The translations under genes were made by a program, and so were the position numbers. Below the pieces are notes generated by a model that had not been told where the DNA came from, did not search any database, and was given only the letters and a program-made list of their open reading frames with translations. Of a stretch of DNA of 64,000 nt, positions 41,983 to 57,260 are shown piece by piece. Each line of letters begins with the position of its first letter. The first letter of the stretch is position 1. The DNA lies in the NCBI GenBank assembly GCA_964016885.1, contig OZ024750.1:28024001-28088000 (forward strand), written 5' to 3'. This DNA is from Eledone cirrhosa (lineage: Eukaryota).

Positions 41983-42039
41983 ACATACATACATACATAC
42001 ATACATACATACATACATACATACATACATACATACATA

Positions 42040-42260
42040 CAGCTCCCTAATTCATAGTCTACAAATGGCTGCGATAGCTGGCATCTTCAAAATTTGCAAA
42101 ACATTCTTGCGATTCAAGGGATGACCATTTTTTTTCTTTTACAACCTTGCCACCAGGAAGGTGGCCGGTCAAAAAAAATATACTCAACATTAAGAGAAAG
42201 AGATAACATACATACATACATACATACATACATACATACATACATACATACATACATACA

Positions 42261-42294
<34 letters not shown>

Positions 42295-42797
42295 CATAGA
42301 ATATATTGAGACACATGGCACTAAGGAATACAGGTGGAACCTGAAAATAAAAAACTACCACCAAATTAAAGCACAACCGGCCTGATATTGTTGTTTGGGA
42401 CCACACATTGAAAACGTGTTCTGTTGTGGAGATCCGCTGCCCACTTGATGTAAACGTTGTCAGAAAAATACAGGAGAAGGAGGACATCTACGGACCATTG
42501 ATGTGGAGTTTACAAATCCAGTATCCAAGATACACCTTTAGCTTCATACCCATCATTATTGGAGCTACGGGTTATATACCAACCCGCTTGGACCAAAGTA
42601 TGACTGAACTTGGATTTGCGGACAAAGAGCGCAGCTCCCTAATCCATGGTCTACAAATGGCTGCGATAGCTCGCACCTTCAAAATTTGCAAATCATTCTT
42701 GCGATTCAAGGGATGACAATTTCTTTTCTTTTACAACCTTGCCACCAGGAGGGTGGCCGGTCAAAAAAATATACTCTACATTAAGAGAAAAAGATAA
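42040..42797 (+). mobile_element. Two tandem 3' fragments of an R4/Dong-like RLE retrotransposon in (ACAT)n
   Basis: KHNRPDIVVWD..CSVVEIRCPLD..KEDIY..PIIIGATGY restriction-like endonuclease motif (42360-42716); 42040-42206 duplicates 42632-42797. Confidence 0.8.
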
Positions 42798-42862
42798 CAT
42801 ACATACATACATACATACATACATACATACATACATACATACATACATACATACATACATAC

Positions 42863-43473
42863 ATGGTGGCTGGCAACTCGTTTTCGAGTACGGCCACTAC
42901 TTTATATCCATGTAGAACCCCTACCGATGCGCTGAACGAGTGTGACTTTTTAGTCCAGCCAGCGACTTGAAAACTCTGGTACAAACACTACACTTGTGAC
43001 AATTATTGACACATAGTGCTGGACCCATGGTACCATGTGATGACAAGTGCAGAGAGATCTCCAGATATAAAGCAATGCCTGTGCCGTGAAGCTTTTATAG
43101 TGAGCAAAGGCACTCCACAAAGCCAGTCCGACTCTCTTAACCAAGATGATATTTACCAAAAAGAAGAACAAGTCAACATCATTGGATACCATCAGAGTTG
43201 CAGGTGTTATATCAGAGTTTTCCTTCTCCTAGAATTCTGCCTTGACAAAGGCTAAGCAGTCATCTCTCCCGGTGATTTTGGATGGCCATTGACTCTTAAG
43301 AGCTCCTTTGCCCTTTGACAGGTTTTGTTTTTAGTCCTGCAGGATGTCCAAAGTCACCCTCCTCACCAAGAAACCTTGGTGGGGTTGCCAGTTTAGTCGC
43401 CAACGACCCGACGATGAGACAGGTTGTACGGGGATACATGTTACCAGTAGCACCAACGGGTGACCTGACCATA
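42863..43473 (-). mobile_element. Longest family R non-autonomous RTE-related element (~610 bp), flanked by (ACAT)n
   Basis: No credible ORF; RTE-5'UTR-like cttagcctttgtcaaggcagaattctaggagaaggaaaactc; three copies in the window. Confidence 0.6.
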
Positions 43474-43516
43474 ACATACATACATACATACATACATACA
43501 TACATACATACATACA

Positions 43517-43624
<108 letters not shown>

Positions 43625-43974
43625 CATTGAATATAATAAGCGTTGTGTTTCAAGTAATATATATATGCGCGTAAGATTTTCCAAGAATGTGTTAATCCCT
43701 CCTACATACATACACACATATATAATTAGATATATACATATTTAGATACATACATAAATGCGTATATACATACATACTTGTATACATACATACATACATA
43801 CATACATACATACATACATACATACATACATACATACATACATACATACATACATACATACACATATATGGCATTCGTTTGACTGATTTTTTTAACATTT
43901 GCACATTATTTACGCAATTCGTAGAAATTGCACCAGATCCTTGTCTATTTCCCTTCACTGGTTAATTATACGTA

Positions 43975-44028
<54 letters not shown>

Positions 44029-44262
44029 TGTATGTATCTATGTATGTATCTATGTATGTATATATATACATTGTATGTATGTATATATATATGTGTGTGT
44101 GTGTGTATGTATATATATATATATATATATGTATTATAAAAAATTATAAATAATTATAAAAAATAATTTATATAATTCTTATATATATATGTATGTATGT
44201 ATGTATCTATGTATGTATATATATATACATTATATGTATGTATATATATATATGTGTGTGTG

Positions 44263-44298
<36 letters not shown>

Positions 44299-44350
44299 TC
44301 AAAAATGGCGAGCTTTGTTATTGCAATATATACGTATGTATGTAAGTATG

Positions 44351-44393
<43 letters not shown>

Positions 44394-44504
44394 TTGTGTG
44401 TGTGTGTATGTATATATATATAATACACACACACACATATATATACATACACACATATATTTACATACACACACACACACATATATATGTGTGTGTGTGT
44501 GTAT

Positions 44505-44539
<35 letters not shown>

Positions 44540-45740
44540 AGAAAAAGGTTTGTAAATGTTAGTTTATCTTGTATCATCAAATGCACAATTTGATGCAATC
44601 TCTGCACGTTTTCTTTCGCTTTGTGCAGCTTGTCATATGAGGTTTGCTGACATTTGCTATACTGCAACTTTATTCTGGTTGCACATATTTGGCGAATGTC
44701 TGCAGTAAAATTTAGGTTATTTCTTGATAAATGTTAACTGGTATTCATCTAAAAAATCTTCTTTCCGTTTTTAAGATTAATGAGATAACCCGATGCAGTT
44801 GCAACATAGTTTAGGAACTTCAAAGTGGTATAGTCTCGTGTTCAAACCCTTCCTAATACCGTTAACAACATACTGTAAAGTGATGTGTTGGCAGAGTTGT
44901 CTAGAGTTGTTAGAGTGTTGCTGTTAATTTCGACTGTATCTTCTGAGTTCAAACCCCTTAGAGGGTAATTTTGCTTTTTTCATTCCGGTGTCAATAAAAT
45001 AAAGTTCCATTCAACTAGAGGAGTTGATTTACAGATTCTATCACCCTTTCTCCACAGACATTACTGGTATTGCGCCTAAATCAGAAATACACCAAACTTA
45101 GGGATTCTTCGGCTGGCAGAAACTTTTTTGTCCGGCAAATTTCTTAGCGGCATGTAGGGAGTTAGTTATGGCTCTGTGCATGCTGAAATCAAATCCCGCT
45201 CAATTTTGCCATTTGTCTTTCCGGAATCAACAACATAACATACCAGTCATTTACCAGGGACGATTTAATATATTTTTCCCACCCTGGAAATTGCTAGATT
45301 TGTATCTGAATTAAAAACCCTTATATACCATGACTGAAATGAAATGGGGTCAAAATCAAGTTGCTATATATGGTTGTCCAAAATTATACATCTAGTATTC
45401 TCTTGAGCTCGCCAATTATTTGTGATCTGTTTTTTTCCCCTTGCTGGGAGAAATATTCTTCCATACTTTTTTATATTTGTAATCGTAAGATTCAATTAAT
45501 TTGACTCATAATGTCTCTTGCTGTGAAAAAATTACTTTTTCACAAATCAAATCAACCCATTGTTATTTTGGTCTGTAGGGAAAACATTTAACAATAAACC
45601 AACTAAAAATACACATCATAAAATACGTACGCCCAGTTAACACTACAGAAAATTTACCCAGTAAATTACAGTCTATAACAAAACCGGTGAACATTGAGTA
45701 ACAGAAATCTCTGTCCAGGCTACACAAATATAAACAATTA

Positions 45741-45915
45741 CCGTATTTCCCAGCGTCGAAGACGCTACTTTTTTCCTAAAGTAAGTCTAAAAAACCAACC
45801 ATGAGTCCTGGGGAACGAAAGCTGCTTATTTATTTTTTTTTTTTTTCAAATGTTTAGTTGTTAAAATTTGGATGCGCCCTCGAGAATGAAGCGTCTTCGG
45901 CGCCGGGAAATACGG
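45741..45915. mobile_element. pogo/Tc2-like MITE (175 bp)
   Basis: TA|ccgtatttcccagcgtcgaagacgc ... gcgtcttcggcgccgggaaatacgg|TA. Confidence 0.85.
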
Positions 45916-46711
45916 TACTTGAAAGAATCGCTACGTTTAAGAAGGTTAAAACCATTTCATATCAGCTATGTTATACAAATGTTTCTAATTTAGGTACAAA
46001 CCAGCAAGAATAGATAACTTTAACAAAGGTTACATTAAAACTTTTCATGAAAAGAAGTTTGACTATCAACAGTCTAAAGTAGAGGTTCTCAAAGTTATGG
46101 GGCCACTGCCACCCTCACGACCACGTAATGCTCTCAGCGCCCCCCACCCCTATTTCCAGAAAGACCTACCTACATGCAAATTGTAAATAATATATAATAA
46201 ATAAAACCATTAATTTATATACAATGGTTTCTTTTTTGTCCATTTAACTGAATTTTTCTAAGATAAAAAGTATTTAGTCAGCTGACATGAAATGTGTGTC
46301 AATTTCTGTATCAGAACGAGGCTGAATAAAGTCACGTCGTCTGGTTGTGCTAACCTGCAAAAAGATATTGTATTTATCAACAAATCGACATCAATGCAAG
46401 GTAATTACGTCATCTGTTAGCCTGCTGCATCTAAACTGCAAAACAAGCTGCACTGCATTTAGTGTTTGGTGCTATGTGAATACATAATAAAGTTGTTAGC
46501 TAACTTTGTTTGAACATTAACCGTTTAAACAGAGAGAGAGGGGAGATGCGGGTGGAGGGGGGGTATAGCACAGGAGCGAATGACCGAAGATATCCTTGAG
46601 ATGGAAACGGATAGAGAAGTGGGGGGGGGAAGGGCGTTAGTCGCATTGGTTGCATGAACGTGACATAGGAGAGAAAATATATAACTAATTAAAATATATA
46701 TATAGATATAT

Positions 46712-46766
<55 letters not shown>

Positions 46767-46828
46767 CATATGTATATATATATATGTATACATATATGTA
46801 TATATATGTATACATATATATACATATA

Positions 46829-46867
<39 letters not shown>

Positions 46868-46899
46868 CTATATACATATATGTGTGTATATATATATAC

Positions 46900-46976
<77 letters not shown>

Positions 46977-47094
46977 CATATATGCATATATATATATATA
47001 AATATATGTATATATATGTATCTATATACATATATGTGTGTGTATATATATATATATATATACATATATGCATGTATATATATACATTATGTAC

Positions 47095-47131
<37 letters not shown>

Positions 47132-47290
47132 CATATATGCATATATATATATGCTTATATATATATATATATGTATATATATATGCATATATATGCATAT
47201 ATATATATATGCTTATATATATATATATGTATGTATATATATATGCATATATATGCATATATATATGCATATATATGCATATATATATAT

Positions 47291-47537
<247 letters not shown>

Positions 47538-47592
47538 TATATATATATATATACACATATATATATATATATATACACATATATATATATAT

Positions 47593-47671
<79 letters not shown>

Positions 47672-47756
47672 TATATATACACATATATATATACACATAT
47701 ATATATATACACATATATATATATATACACATATATATATATACATATATATATAT

Positions 47757-47809
<53 letters not shown>

Positions 47810-48018
47810 CACATATATATATACACACATATATATATATACACATATATATATATATACACATATATATATATACACATATATATATACACATATATAT
47901 ATATACACATATATATATACACACATATATATATATATACATATATATATATGCATATATATATATACACATATATATATATACACATATATATATATAT
48001 ACACATATATATATACAC

Positions 48019-48049
<31 letters not shown>

Positions 48050-48199
48050 CACACACACATATATGTATATATATAAACATGCACGTAAAAACTAACTTAA
48101 CTAATACATAATAATAGCTAAACATTTCGTTAAAATATAAATAAGACAAAAAAAATGTGTTAAGACATGAATCACATCTAAAGTAAAATCAGTGTTTTA

Positions 48200-48870
48200 T
48201 AGGTGGTGGCGGCGGCGGTGGTGGTGTGGTGTGGTGTAGTGTGGTGGTGGCGGTGATGGTGTATAAGTGGTGGTGTGGTGGTGGTGTATAGGTGGTGGTG
48301 GTGTTATATATAGGTGGTGGTGTGGTGGCGGTGGTGGTGCTAGTGTGGTGGTGGTGTATTGGTGTAGTGTTGGTGGTGTAGTGTGGTAGTGGTGGTGGTG
48401 GTGTATAGGCGGTGGTGTGGTGGTGGTGGTGTGGTGGAGGTGGTGGTGGTGCTAGTGTGGTGGTGGTGTATTGGTGTAGTGTTGGTGGTGTAGTGTGGTG
48501 GTGGTAGTGGTGGTGGTGGTGGTAGTAGTGTGGTGGTGGTGGTGGTAGGGTAGTGTGATGGTGGTGTATAGGTGGTAGTAGTGGTGGGGCTAGTGTGGTG
48601 GTGTATAGCTAGTAGTGTATTGGGGTGGTGTAGTATAATGGTGGTGTATTGGTGCAGTGTTGGTGGTGTGGTGGTGTATTGGATTGATGGTGTTGGTGAT
48701 GCCGGTGGTTGTAATGATGGTGATGGTTGTGTTGTTGGTGGCGGTGATGGTGGTGATGGTGGTGTTGGTGGTGGCGGTGATGGTATGGTGGTGGTGGCGG
48801 TGATGGTATGGTGGTGGTGATGTTGGTGTTGGTGGTGGCGGTGGTGGTATGGAGTGGTGGTATGGGGTGA
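48200..48870. repeat. Degenerate (GGT)n G-rich tract
   Basis: ggtggtggtgt variants. Confidence 0.85.
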
Positions 48871-50106
48871 GTGAAGGTTGACGAATAAGAAGGTAGAGTG
48901 TGTGGGGAGCGGAGATAATAGGGGTGTGAGATGGGGGGGGGGTAGAGATGCGTGTGTGGTGGAGGAGAGATGTGTAGGGAGGAGATGTGTGGAGGGGGAG
49001 ATGTATGGCTAGGAGATTTTCCGGGAGGAGCTGTGTGAGAAGGAGATGGCCGGTTAGCTGATGGGAGGAGGAATTTGTGTTGTTTAGGATTGCTGGAGAT
49101 AGAATGACAGACATATGAACGTAAATAAATAAATAACTAAAGAAAGAAAGAAAGAAAGAAAACAGAAGAGAAATAAGCAAATAACAGAGAAAGAATAAAG
49201 AAGAAGAAAAACGGTGATAAAGAAGGAAAGAAAGACGTAATGGTGAGGTGAATGAATAAAGGACTATAATATGAATACTTTGAGGAAATTAGGCAGAATT
49301 AATGTGGAATAATTACTGAAGGAAAACAATGTTTATTGTGTTGAGAGAAAAATGCAAGAATATATTTATTTATATGTAAACTATAGACAGATGTTTAGAG
49401 GGAACCTGAACAGTCACTGGTAGACCTTCAAGAAAATAGCAGCCAAATCTTACTCAAATCTTATATTACTCCATTACCAACCCTCTAGTGACACTGCCAA
49501 TCCAAGGGCGATAGATTGGCAGTATCACTATAGGGTTAGACGCCATGCTTTGCAGCATAGAGTTATGGCCCTTTATGGTCTTGGTTATGCAAGAATATAT
49601 ATATTTATATGTAAACTATAGATAGAGTTATGGCCCTTACGGGGTCGATAAAATAAAGTACCAGTAATGCACTGGGAGAATTGCTGGCCTTGTGCCAAGC
49701 CTGTCTATCTGTCTGACTCCCTAAAACTTGAGAACCACCCAACCGATTGTTTTCAAACTTTACACATGTCCTGTGAGTGTTTTGAGCAAAAAATATTTCG
49801 CATTAGGCGATTTAACGATCTCTCTCTATAATTCTTAGTCTTTCTTTTTAGATAGATACATAGATATAACGTTGCGCCCTTATAATATCTGTCTGTACGT
49901 CTGGCTGTCTGCATTACGACATTATGACGCTATATGTGTGTGTGTGTATATATATATGTATATATAGTGTGTGTATATATATATATAGTGTGTAACGTTT
50001 TTCGAAATATTTACTTCTGCGTTCACAGATTGATTTTTTTAGTTTCAGAAGATCCCGTTAAGGGTGAAATCTTTGATTCTTTGCTTAAACATTAAGCTTT
50101 TATTTT

Positions 50107-50168
<62 letters not shown>

Positions 50169-50305
50169 TGCACAGATATTTTTGCATACACAATAACAAA
50201 ATATAAACAAAAGTATTTATTTCACGAGGCTCGATAAGGATAAATATATATCAAATATATAAGAACCCTAGAGCAAATCCCGAGCAACGCTGGGGCATTC
50301 TGCTA

Positions 50306-50394
<89 letters not shown>

Positions 50395-50402
<8 letters not shown>

Positions 50403-51090
50403 CTTGATAGTACAATGATATAGAGGGTCCCTGAACAGTCACTGGTAGGCCTTCAAGAAAATACAGCCAAATCTTCCTCAAATTAATAATTGTATTAAAT
50501 ATATTTATATGTAAACTTATAAAGTCAAACAGATATAGAGAGAGCCACAATAGTCACTGGAAAGTCAAGAAAATAGCAGCCAAATCTTCCTCAAATCAAT
50601 TATTTTATCAAATATATTTATTTATATGTAAACTTGTAAGTACAGAAATATAGGAGCAGCCTGAACAGTCACTTGACCTTCAAGAAAATAGCAGCCAAAT
50701 CTTTCTCATATCACATATTTTATTAAATATATTTATATATATTTATATGTGAACTTGATAGTACTGATAGATATAAAGGCAGTCTCAATATGGCCGATTG
50801 ACCTTATAGAAAATAGCAGCCAACTGTTCCTCAAATCATATATTATTCTATTAAATATATATATATATTCATATGTAAACTTTTAAGTACATATATATAG
50901 AGGGAGCCTGAACAGTCAGTGGTGGACGTTCAAGAAAATAGAACCAAATTTTTCTCAAGTCAAATATTATTCCATTAAAGATATTTATATCTAAACTTGT
51001 AAGTATAAAAATATAGAGGGTGTTTTAAAATAATCTCTTAATCTTATAGAAAATAGCAGTCAAATCTTCCTCAAATCAGGTATTACTTTA
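50395..51090. repeat. ~115-125-bp tandem repeat, about 6 copies; 50485-50935 is re-duplicated at 51682-52135
   Basis: Unit tatatgtaaactt...cctgaacagtcact...ccttcaagaaaatagcagccaaatcttcctcaaatca; solo copy at 49370-49465. Confidence 0.85.
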
Positions 51091-52136
51091 AATAAAAGTT
51101 AGACTGACCTCACAGGTTGGGTGGGATGGTGGAGGACTGGATGCCATTGTTGACATGTTTTGTTCAAAAAAGGTTGACATCGGGTTAATCTACCAAAATA
51201 GCAACGTAAACACGTATTATAGAGAAACACAATAAATCTCGTCTTGTGTTTCTTGTAAACCTTATCTGATTACGAGCGAGGAGCTGTTTGAAACTCTATC
51301 GTATATATTGTCTTTAAAACTATTTCTTGTACATTATCAATTTAAAGGTTAAGTGAGAACCCTCTAGTTTGAATGTAAATCAGTGTTATTTATATATCCC
51401 TTACATTATAAAGAGTCGGGACCCCGACGGCTGAGCTCCTGCCGTTTCAACAGCTAGTTCCAGACTCTGGAACTAGCTGTTAAAACGGTAGGAACTCAGC
51501 CGTCGGGTTCCTGACTCTTTATAATATAACCATACTCTACTACCCCAGGTATCGAGTACTCTGTTGAGTAATGGTCTAACCAGTTTTAAACTGAATCCAT
51601 CCTGAGTTATATCCCTGACACTAGTTTGTCTTTTTTGGTTTGAGTTGAGTTCGAATCCCACCTTGGCATGAAATAAGCATCAATAATTGTATTAAATATA
51701 TTTATATGTAAACTTATAAAGTCAAACAGATATAGAGAGAGCCACAATAGTCACTGGAATGTCAAGAAAATAGCAGCCAAATCTTCCTCAAATCAATTAT
51801 TTTATCAAATATATTTATTTATATGTAAACTTGTAAGTACAGAAATATAGGAGCAGCCTGAACAGTCACTTGACCTTCAAGAAAATAGCAGCCAAATCTT
51901 CCTCATATCACATATTATTTTATTAAATATATTTATATATATTTATATGTAAACTTGATAGTACAGACAGATATAAAGGCAGTCTCAATATGGCCGCTTG
52001 ACCTTATAGAAAATAGCAGCCAACTGTTCCTCAAATCATATATTATTCTATTAAATATATATATATATATTCATATGTAAACTTTTAAGTACATATATAT
52101 AGAGGGAGCCTGAACAGTCAGTGGTGGACGTTCAAG

Positions 52137-53080
52137 GGCGGTGGATTGGCAGTATCGGTGGAGGGTCGGACGCCATGCTTTCCAGCATAGTTACGTCCCT
52201 TTACGATCTGAGTTCAAATCCCGCCGAGGTTGACTTTGCCTTTCATCCTTACGGGGTCGATAAAATAAAGTACCAGTAATGCACTGGTGAATTGTTGGCC
52301 TTGTGCCTAAAGTAGAAACAATTATATGCTGTCTCGATATAATTCACTATGTTCTATTTGACTCTACAAATTTCACCAATATGGAAGGGCACGGTGATAC
52401 TGAACTTGAAGCACTAAGACTGAATACTTTGTAAATCGGTGTCCAGCTTTGCTTCACTTACCCGAACCAACAAAAGAACCTGTCGGTCACCATCAATTTT
52501 CGTTGTAATAAATATAATATTCATCATCACCATCGTTTTGGTAGGATCGTTAGAGCGTCGGACATCATGTTTTGTAGCATATAGTTACGTCCCTTTGCGT
52601 TTTAAGTTGAAATCCCGCCGAGGTTAGCTTTGCTTTTCATTATTATGGGGGTCGATAGGGCGATTTTATCCTTCATCCACATTGCAGGACTTGTGCCAAT
52701 GTTAGAAAAAATTATGAAAGTGATTTACAAATTTCTGATTCTCATTAATGTCCTTCATTAAAAGAGCGGTGGATTGACAGTATCGGTAGAGGGTCGGACA
52801 CAATGCTTTGCAGCACAGAGTTACGGTCCTTTACGGTCTGAGTTCAAATCCCGATGAGGTTAACTTTGCCTTTCATCCTTACGGGGGTCGATAAATAAAG
52901 CACCAGTAATACACTGGAGTCAATTTAATCGATCGATTTTTCCCTCCCCAAAATTGCTGGCTTTGTGCCTAAAGTAAAAACAATTATTATGGAGGTCGAT
53001 AAAATAAGGTACCAGTAACGCATCTGGGTCGATTTACCTTCCGCAAACTTGTTGGTCTCGTGCCTAAATTAGAAACCGTT
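52137..53080 (+). mobile_element. Cluster of tRNA-derived (Meta-like) SINEs
   Basis: Copies at 52137-52325, 52540-52710, 52765-52985 and 52990-53080. Confidence 0.85.
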
Positions 53081-53488
53081 AATACCAACTTTTTTATCCT
53101 CTTCCTCACCATCCTCATTATCATCATCGTTCTCATCAATAACCTCACCGTCATTGATAGCACACAAATATCCAAAATGAACCAATCACCCAAAAGATCA
53201 CGGTTTAACATTCCGCCATTTTGAATATTTGTACAATTCTTGTTATTTTCTTTCTCAGCTCAGGTTCATTTCTACACGTATAAAAAGTCTTTTTTCTGTC
53301 GCTTAAAGTAATAAGAAACTTTCAGGAGAGTTGGACAGAAGGTCTTCAGAGAAGAAACCCCGCTCAAGAGTTTCGGCCCTTAACTTCTGTAAGTATCTTT
53401 CCTGCTTGTATGCCATTTTTTTTCTCTGTAAGAAATGCATCTTTAATTTGACTTTCTTCATTTGTAGAGGCTTTTCTCTTTCTCATCC

Positions 53489-53571
<83 letters not shown>

Positions 53572-53575
<4 letters not shown>

Positions 53576-53740
53576 ATTTCCCGGCACGGAAGACGCTTCG
53601 TCCTCGAGGACGCACCCTAATTTTGACAACCAAAAATTTGAAAAAGAATAATAAACAACCATCGGCCTCCAGGACGCATAGTAGATTTTTTAGACTTGTT
53701 TTAGGAAAAAAAGTAGCGTCTTCGACGCCGGGAAATACGG
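53572..53740. mobile_element. pogo/Tc2-like MITE (inverted relative to the 45741 copy)
   Basis: ccgtatttcccggcacggaagacgc ... gcgtcttcgacgccgggaaatacgg|TA. Confidence 0.85.
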
Positions 53741-54256
53741 TATATATATGTTTCGGTTTGAAAAAAGTCATATCACAATCTATATTTGCTTGTTTAATCT
53801 ATAATACTAAATATGAATCTCAGTGCGTGTGTCCGTATGACTTTCTGCTTACTGCAAATATACGTACTGAACTTAAGAATTACACTAAATAAATAGCAAA
53901 ATAAAATATGTCGTTGCATCTTTATATCAATCTCCCTTCACAAAATGAAATTTTGTCTATAAATTATAGGCAACTCGCTACACTGCGCCGTCTTGGAATA
54001 GTGGCAATAGTGGTTGGAATCTGTTTCAATCACGTCTCTGCTTATTATTGGTTCATATCCCATCTTTGCCTAATTAAACTTAGGGTCCTTATTTTGTAGA
54101 AAACTATATTAAATTAAATAAGTCATAAGAAGTAATATATTCGTACGAGTTTGAATCATTTGCATGTCAAAAAATGTAGTTTTTCCATTTCATACATTTA
54201 CATTTGATAGAAACACTATGGAAAACAAACAAACACACACACACACACACACGCAC

Positions 54257-54290
<34 letters not shown>

Positions 54291-54909
54291 CACTCACGCA
54301 CACAAACACACACATGCATGCACACACAAATACACACACAAATACACACATGCATACACACACAAATACACACACACACACACTACACACACACACACGC
54401 ACACACACGCACATGCACACGCACACACGCATACATACACACACATATATATATATATATATACACACACGCATACAAACGCACATGCACACACATATAC
54501 ACACACACATGCATACATACACACAACTACAGTAGCAGCAACACGTCCAGGGGGTGGTATTTATTTCTGCTAGTTATTTATAACATAAATATAAATATAT
54601 TTATAGTAAGCATTTTCAGAAGACCGTCAGTATTCAAAACATGCGGGTGGTTTATCAGTCTTAAAGTGGATACAGTAAGAATCTATCCTCGGGGTTTATT
54701 GATAGCCACCTGCCAAGAACAGAACAGTTCTTTTACATATCTTAAGTCTGTTATAAACAACATCATTATCTTTGACAATGGGTTATTAGAATTCACACTA
54801 TCTTTGGTACAGCTAAGATGGGCCACAGAATAACATAGAGTATGTCGACATAACGGCTGAGTCCTCAATGTTGCTGAATGGAAAAGAAACTTAAGCATCC
54901 AGGAAACAT

Positions 54910-55420
54910 ATAAAGCTTTAGGACTGCAGCATCCTGGCTCTGTATTTACTGAACCGAAACAAATAAAGCTTTACGTTTCCTGTGTCCCATCTGTGACATG
55001 TCTCTACATGACAATGTAAAGGACTGCACGTGTAGGACATGGGAAGGACTGCAGCATCCTGGCCCTGTAATTACTGAGCTGAAACAAATAAAGCTTTACT
55101 TTACTGGTTCCCCATCTGTGACCTGTCTCTACATGACACGTAAAGGACTGCAGCATCCTGGTTCTGTATTTACTGAACCGAAACAAATAAAACTTTACAT
55201 TTCCTGTGTCCCATCTGTGACATGTCTCTACATGACAATGTGAAGGACTGCAGTTTTCATGCTCGGTATTTACTGAACCGAAACAATTAAGCTTTACTTT
55301 TCCTGTGTCCCATCTGTGACATGTCTCTATATGACAATGTAATGGATTGATCTGAAATAAGTAAAGCTTTACTTTTCCTGTGTTCTATCTGTGACCTCTC
55401 TCTACACGACATGTGAAGGG
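54910..55420. repeat. ~100-bp tandem repeat, about 5 copies
   Basis: ggactgcagcatcctgg..tgtatttactgaaccgaaacaaataaagctttac..tcccatctgtgacatgtctctacatgac. Confidence 0.85.
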
Positions 55421-55820
55421 CTGCAGCATTCATGACCTGTCTCTACACAGCATCACTGCAGCATTCATGACCTGTCTCTCCACAACATCACTGCAGCATT
55501 CATGACCTCTCTATACAACAGCACTGCAGCATTCATGACCTGTCTCTCCGCAACATCACTGCAGCATTCATGACCTGTCTCTACACAGCATCACTGCAGC
55601 ATTCATGACCTCTCTCTCTCCACAGCATCAATGCAGCATTCATGACCTGTCTCTACACAACATCACTGCAGCATTCATGACCTGTCTCTACACAGCATCA
55701 CTGCAGCATTCATGACCTCTCTCTCTCCACAGCATCAATGCAGCATTCATGACCTGTCTCTACACAACATCACTGCAGCATTCATGACCTGTCTCTCCAC
55801 AACAGCACTGCAGCATTCAT
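55421..55820. repeat. 35-bp minisatellite, about 11 copies
   Basis: Unit cactgcagcattcatgacctgtctctacacagcat. Confidence 0.92.
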
Positions 55821-56911
55821 GCTCTGTATTTACTGGACCGAATCAAGAGAGTCCTAAACAAATCAAGAAGCAAATGGCTCCGTATGAAAGAGCAGAGGGA
55901 TAAATCTCTGTGGGAAATCAGCCTATTTTTCTTTCTTGGTTGGCATCTTTTGCCTCGTTTACAAGGGAATCCGAAGAACCTCAAGTACCTCAAATCATGG
56001 ACAGACTTCCATTCAACGGTGACTTCTGGATCTATATATGATTCAATAAAGTTACATTGTTTAATGGAAACATTCTAAAATGTTGAAGGTAAGTGGATTA
56101 ACATAATATAGGAAGAAAGTTCAACACTAATAGGAACAAATTATGAAAAAAATCAAGATCTAGGTTAGCATCACACATATTTTACTATGGTTACTAACGT
56201 AGAAGGTTGACATGGTTTAGCTGAATGGTTAAAGAGATTATTTCACAACCTTATTAGGGTCCGAGTACGATCACAATACGTGACATCTTGTGCAATCGTG
56301 ATTTCCTATAGCTTCGGGTTGTCCCATGCCTTGTAGACGGAAACTGTTTGGAACACTATCTGTAATGAACACTATCTGTAAAAGAAGCAGCCTTGTCACA
56401 CACAGTTCCACACTGAATCTCCCTGAGAATTGCGTTAATGGTAGACACTGTCTGTGACATGCTCAGCCACTTAAGAGTAAATTTCACGAGTAGGTTGTAC
56501 CTTTGGTCAAACAACTGCGACAAACACCTACCGCCGAAACCAACAAATTCTACCGTAAAGGGCCATGATTCTACAAATGTCAATTCTCACTTCATTAAGT
56601 TTACGCTACAACTATTGGACCAACGTAGGTACTTCTACAGGGTTATTTGATCTGCTAAAAACACAAACGAATATTCCTCAAATCGCACACTATTGCCTTG
56701 AAAAAGAAGAAAGCCACATCGGATAATATAGTTCGAAACATACATACACACAAGGGATGGTCATTGCTGGAATAACCTTGATTATAGGTCAGCTGAGTCT
56801 TGGATTTGAACATTTCAACTATACACAGAAAAAAAGCACGTGTTTCCCCGGCACTGATAACTACTTGCAAGCCGAAATTGATCCCCCAAAACCCACCTGA
56901 TTCTGAAAGTA

Positions 56912-57260
56912 ATAATTGTTTCTACTTTTGGCACAAGGCCAGCAATTGCCCAGTGTATTACTGGTACTTTATTTTATCGACCCCGTAAGGATGAAAGGCA
57001 AAGTTAACCTCGGCGGGATTTGAACTCAGCCCGTAAAGGGACGTAACTGTGCTGCAAAGCATATAGAAATAATTGTTTCTACTTTTGGCACAAGGCCAGA
57101 AATTAGCCAGTGTATTACTGGTACTTTATTTTATCGACCCCGTAAGGATGAAAAGCAAAGTTAACCTCGGCGGGATTTGAACTCAGAATGACAAGGGCCG
57201 TAACTTTATGCGTCAAAGCATAGCGTCCGACCCTCTACCGATACTGCCAATTCACCGCCC
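56912..57260 (-). mobile_element. Two tandem tRNA-derived (Meta-like) SINEs
   Basis: Reverse complement of the family consensus; further copies at 58660-58967, 59230-59420, 62839-63050 and 63967-64000. Confidence 0.85.
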
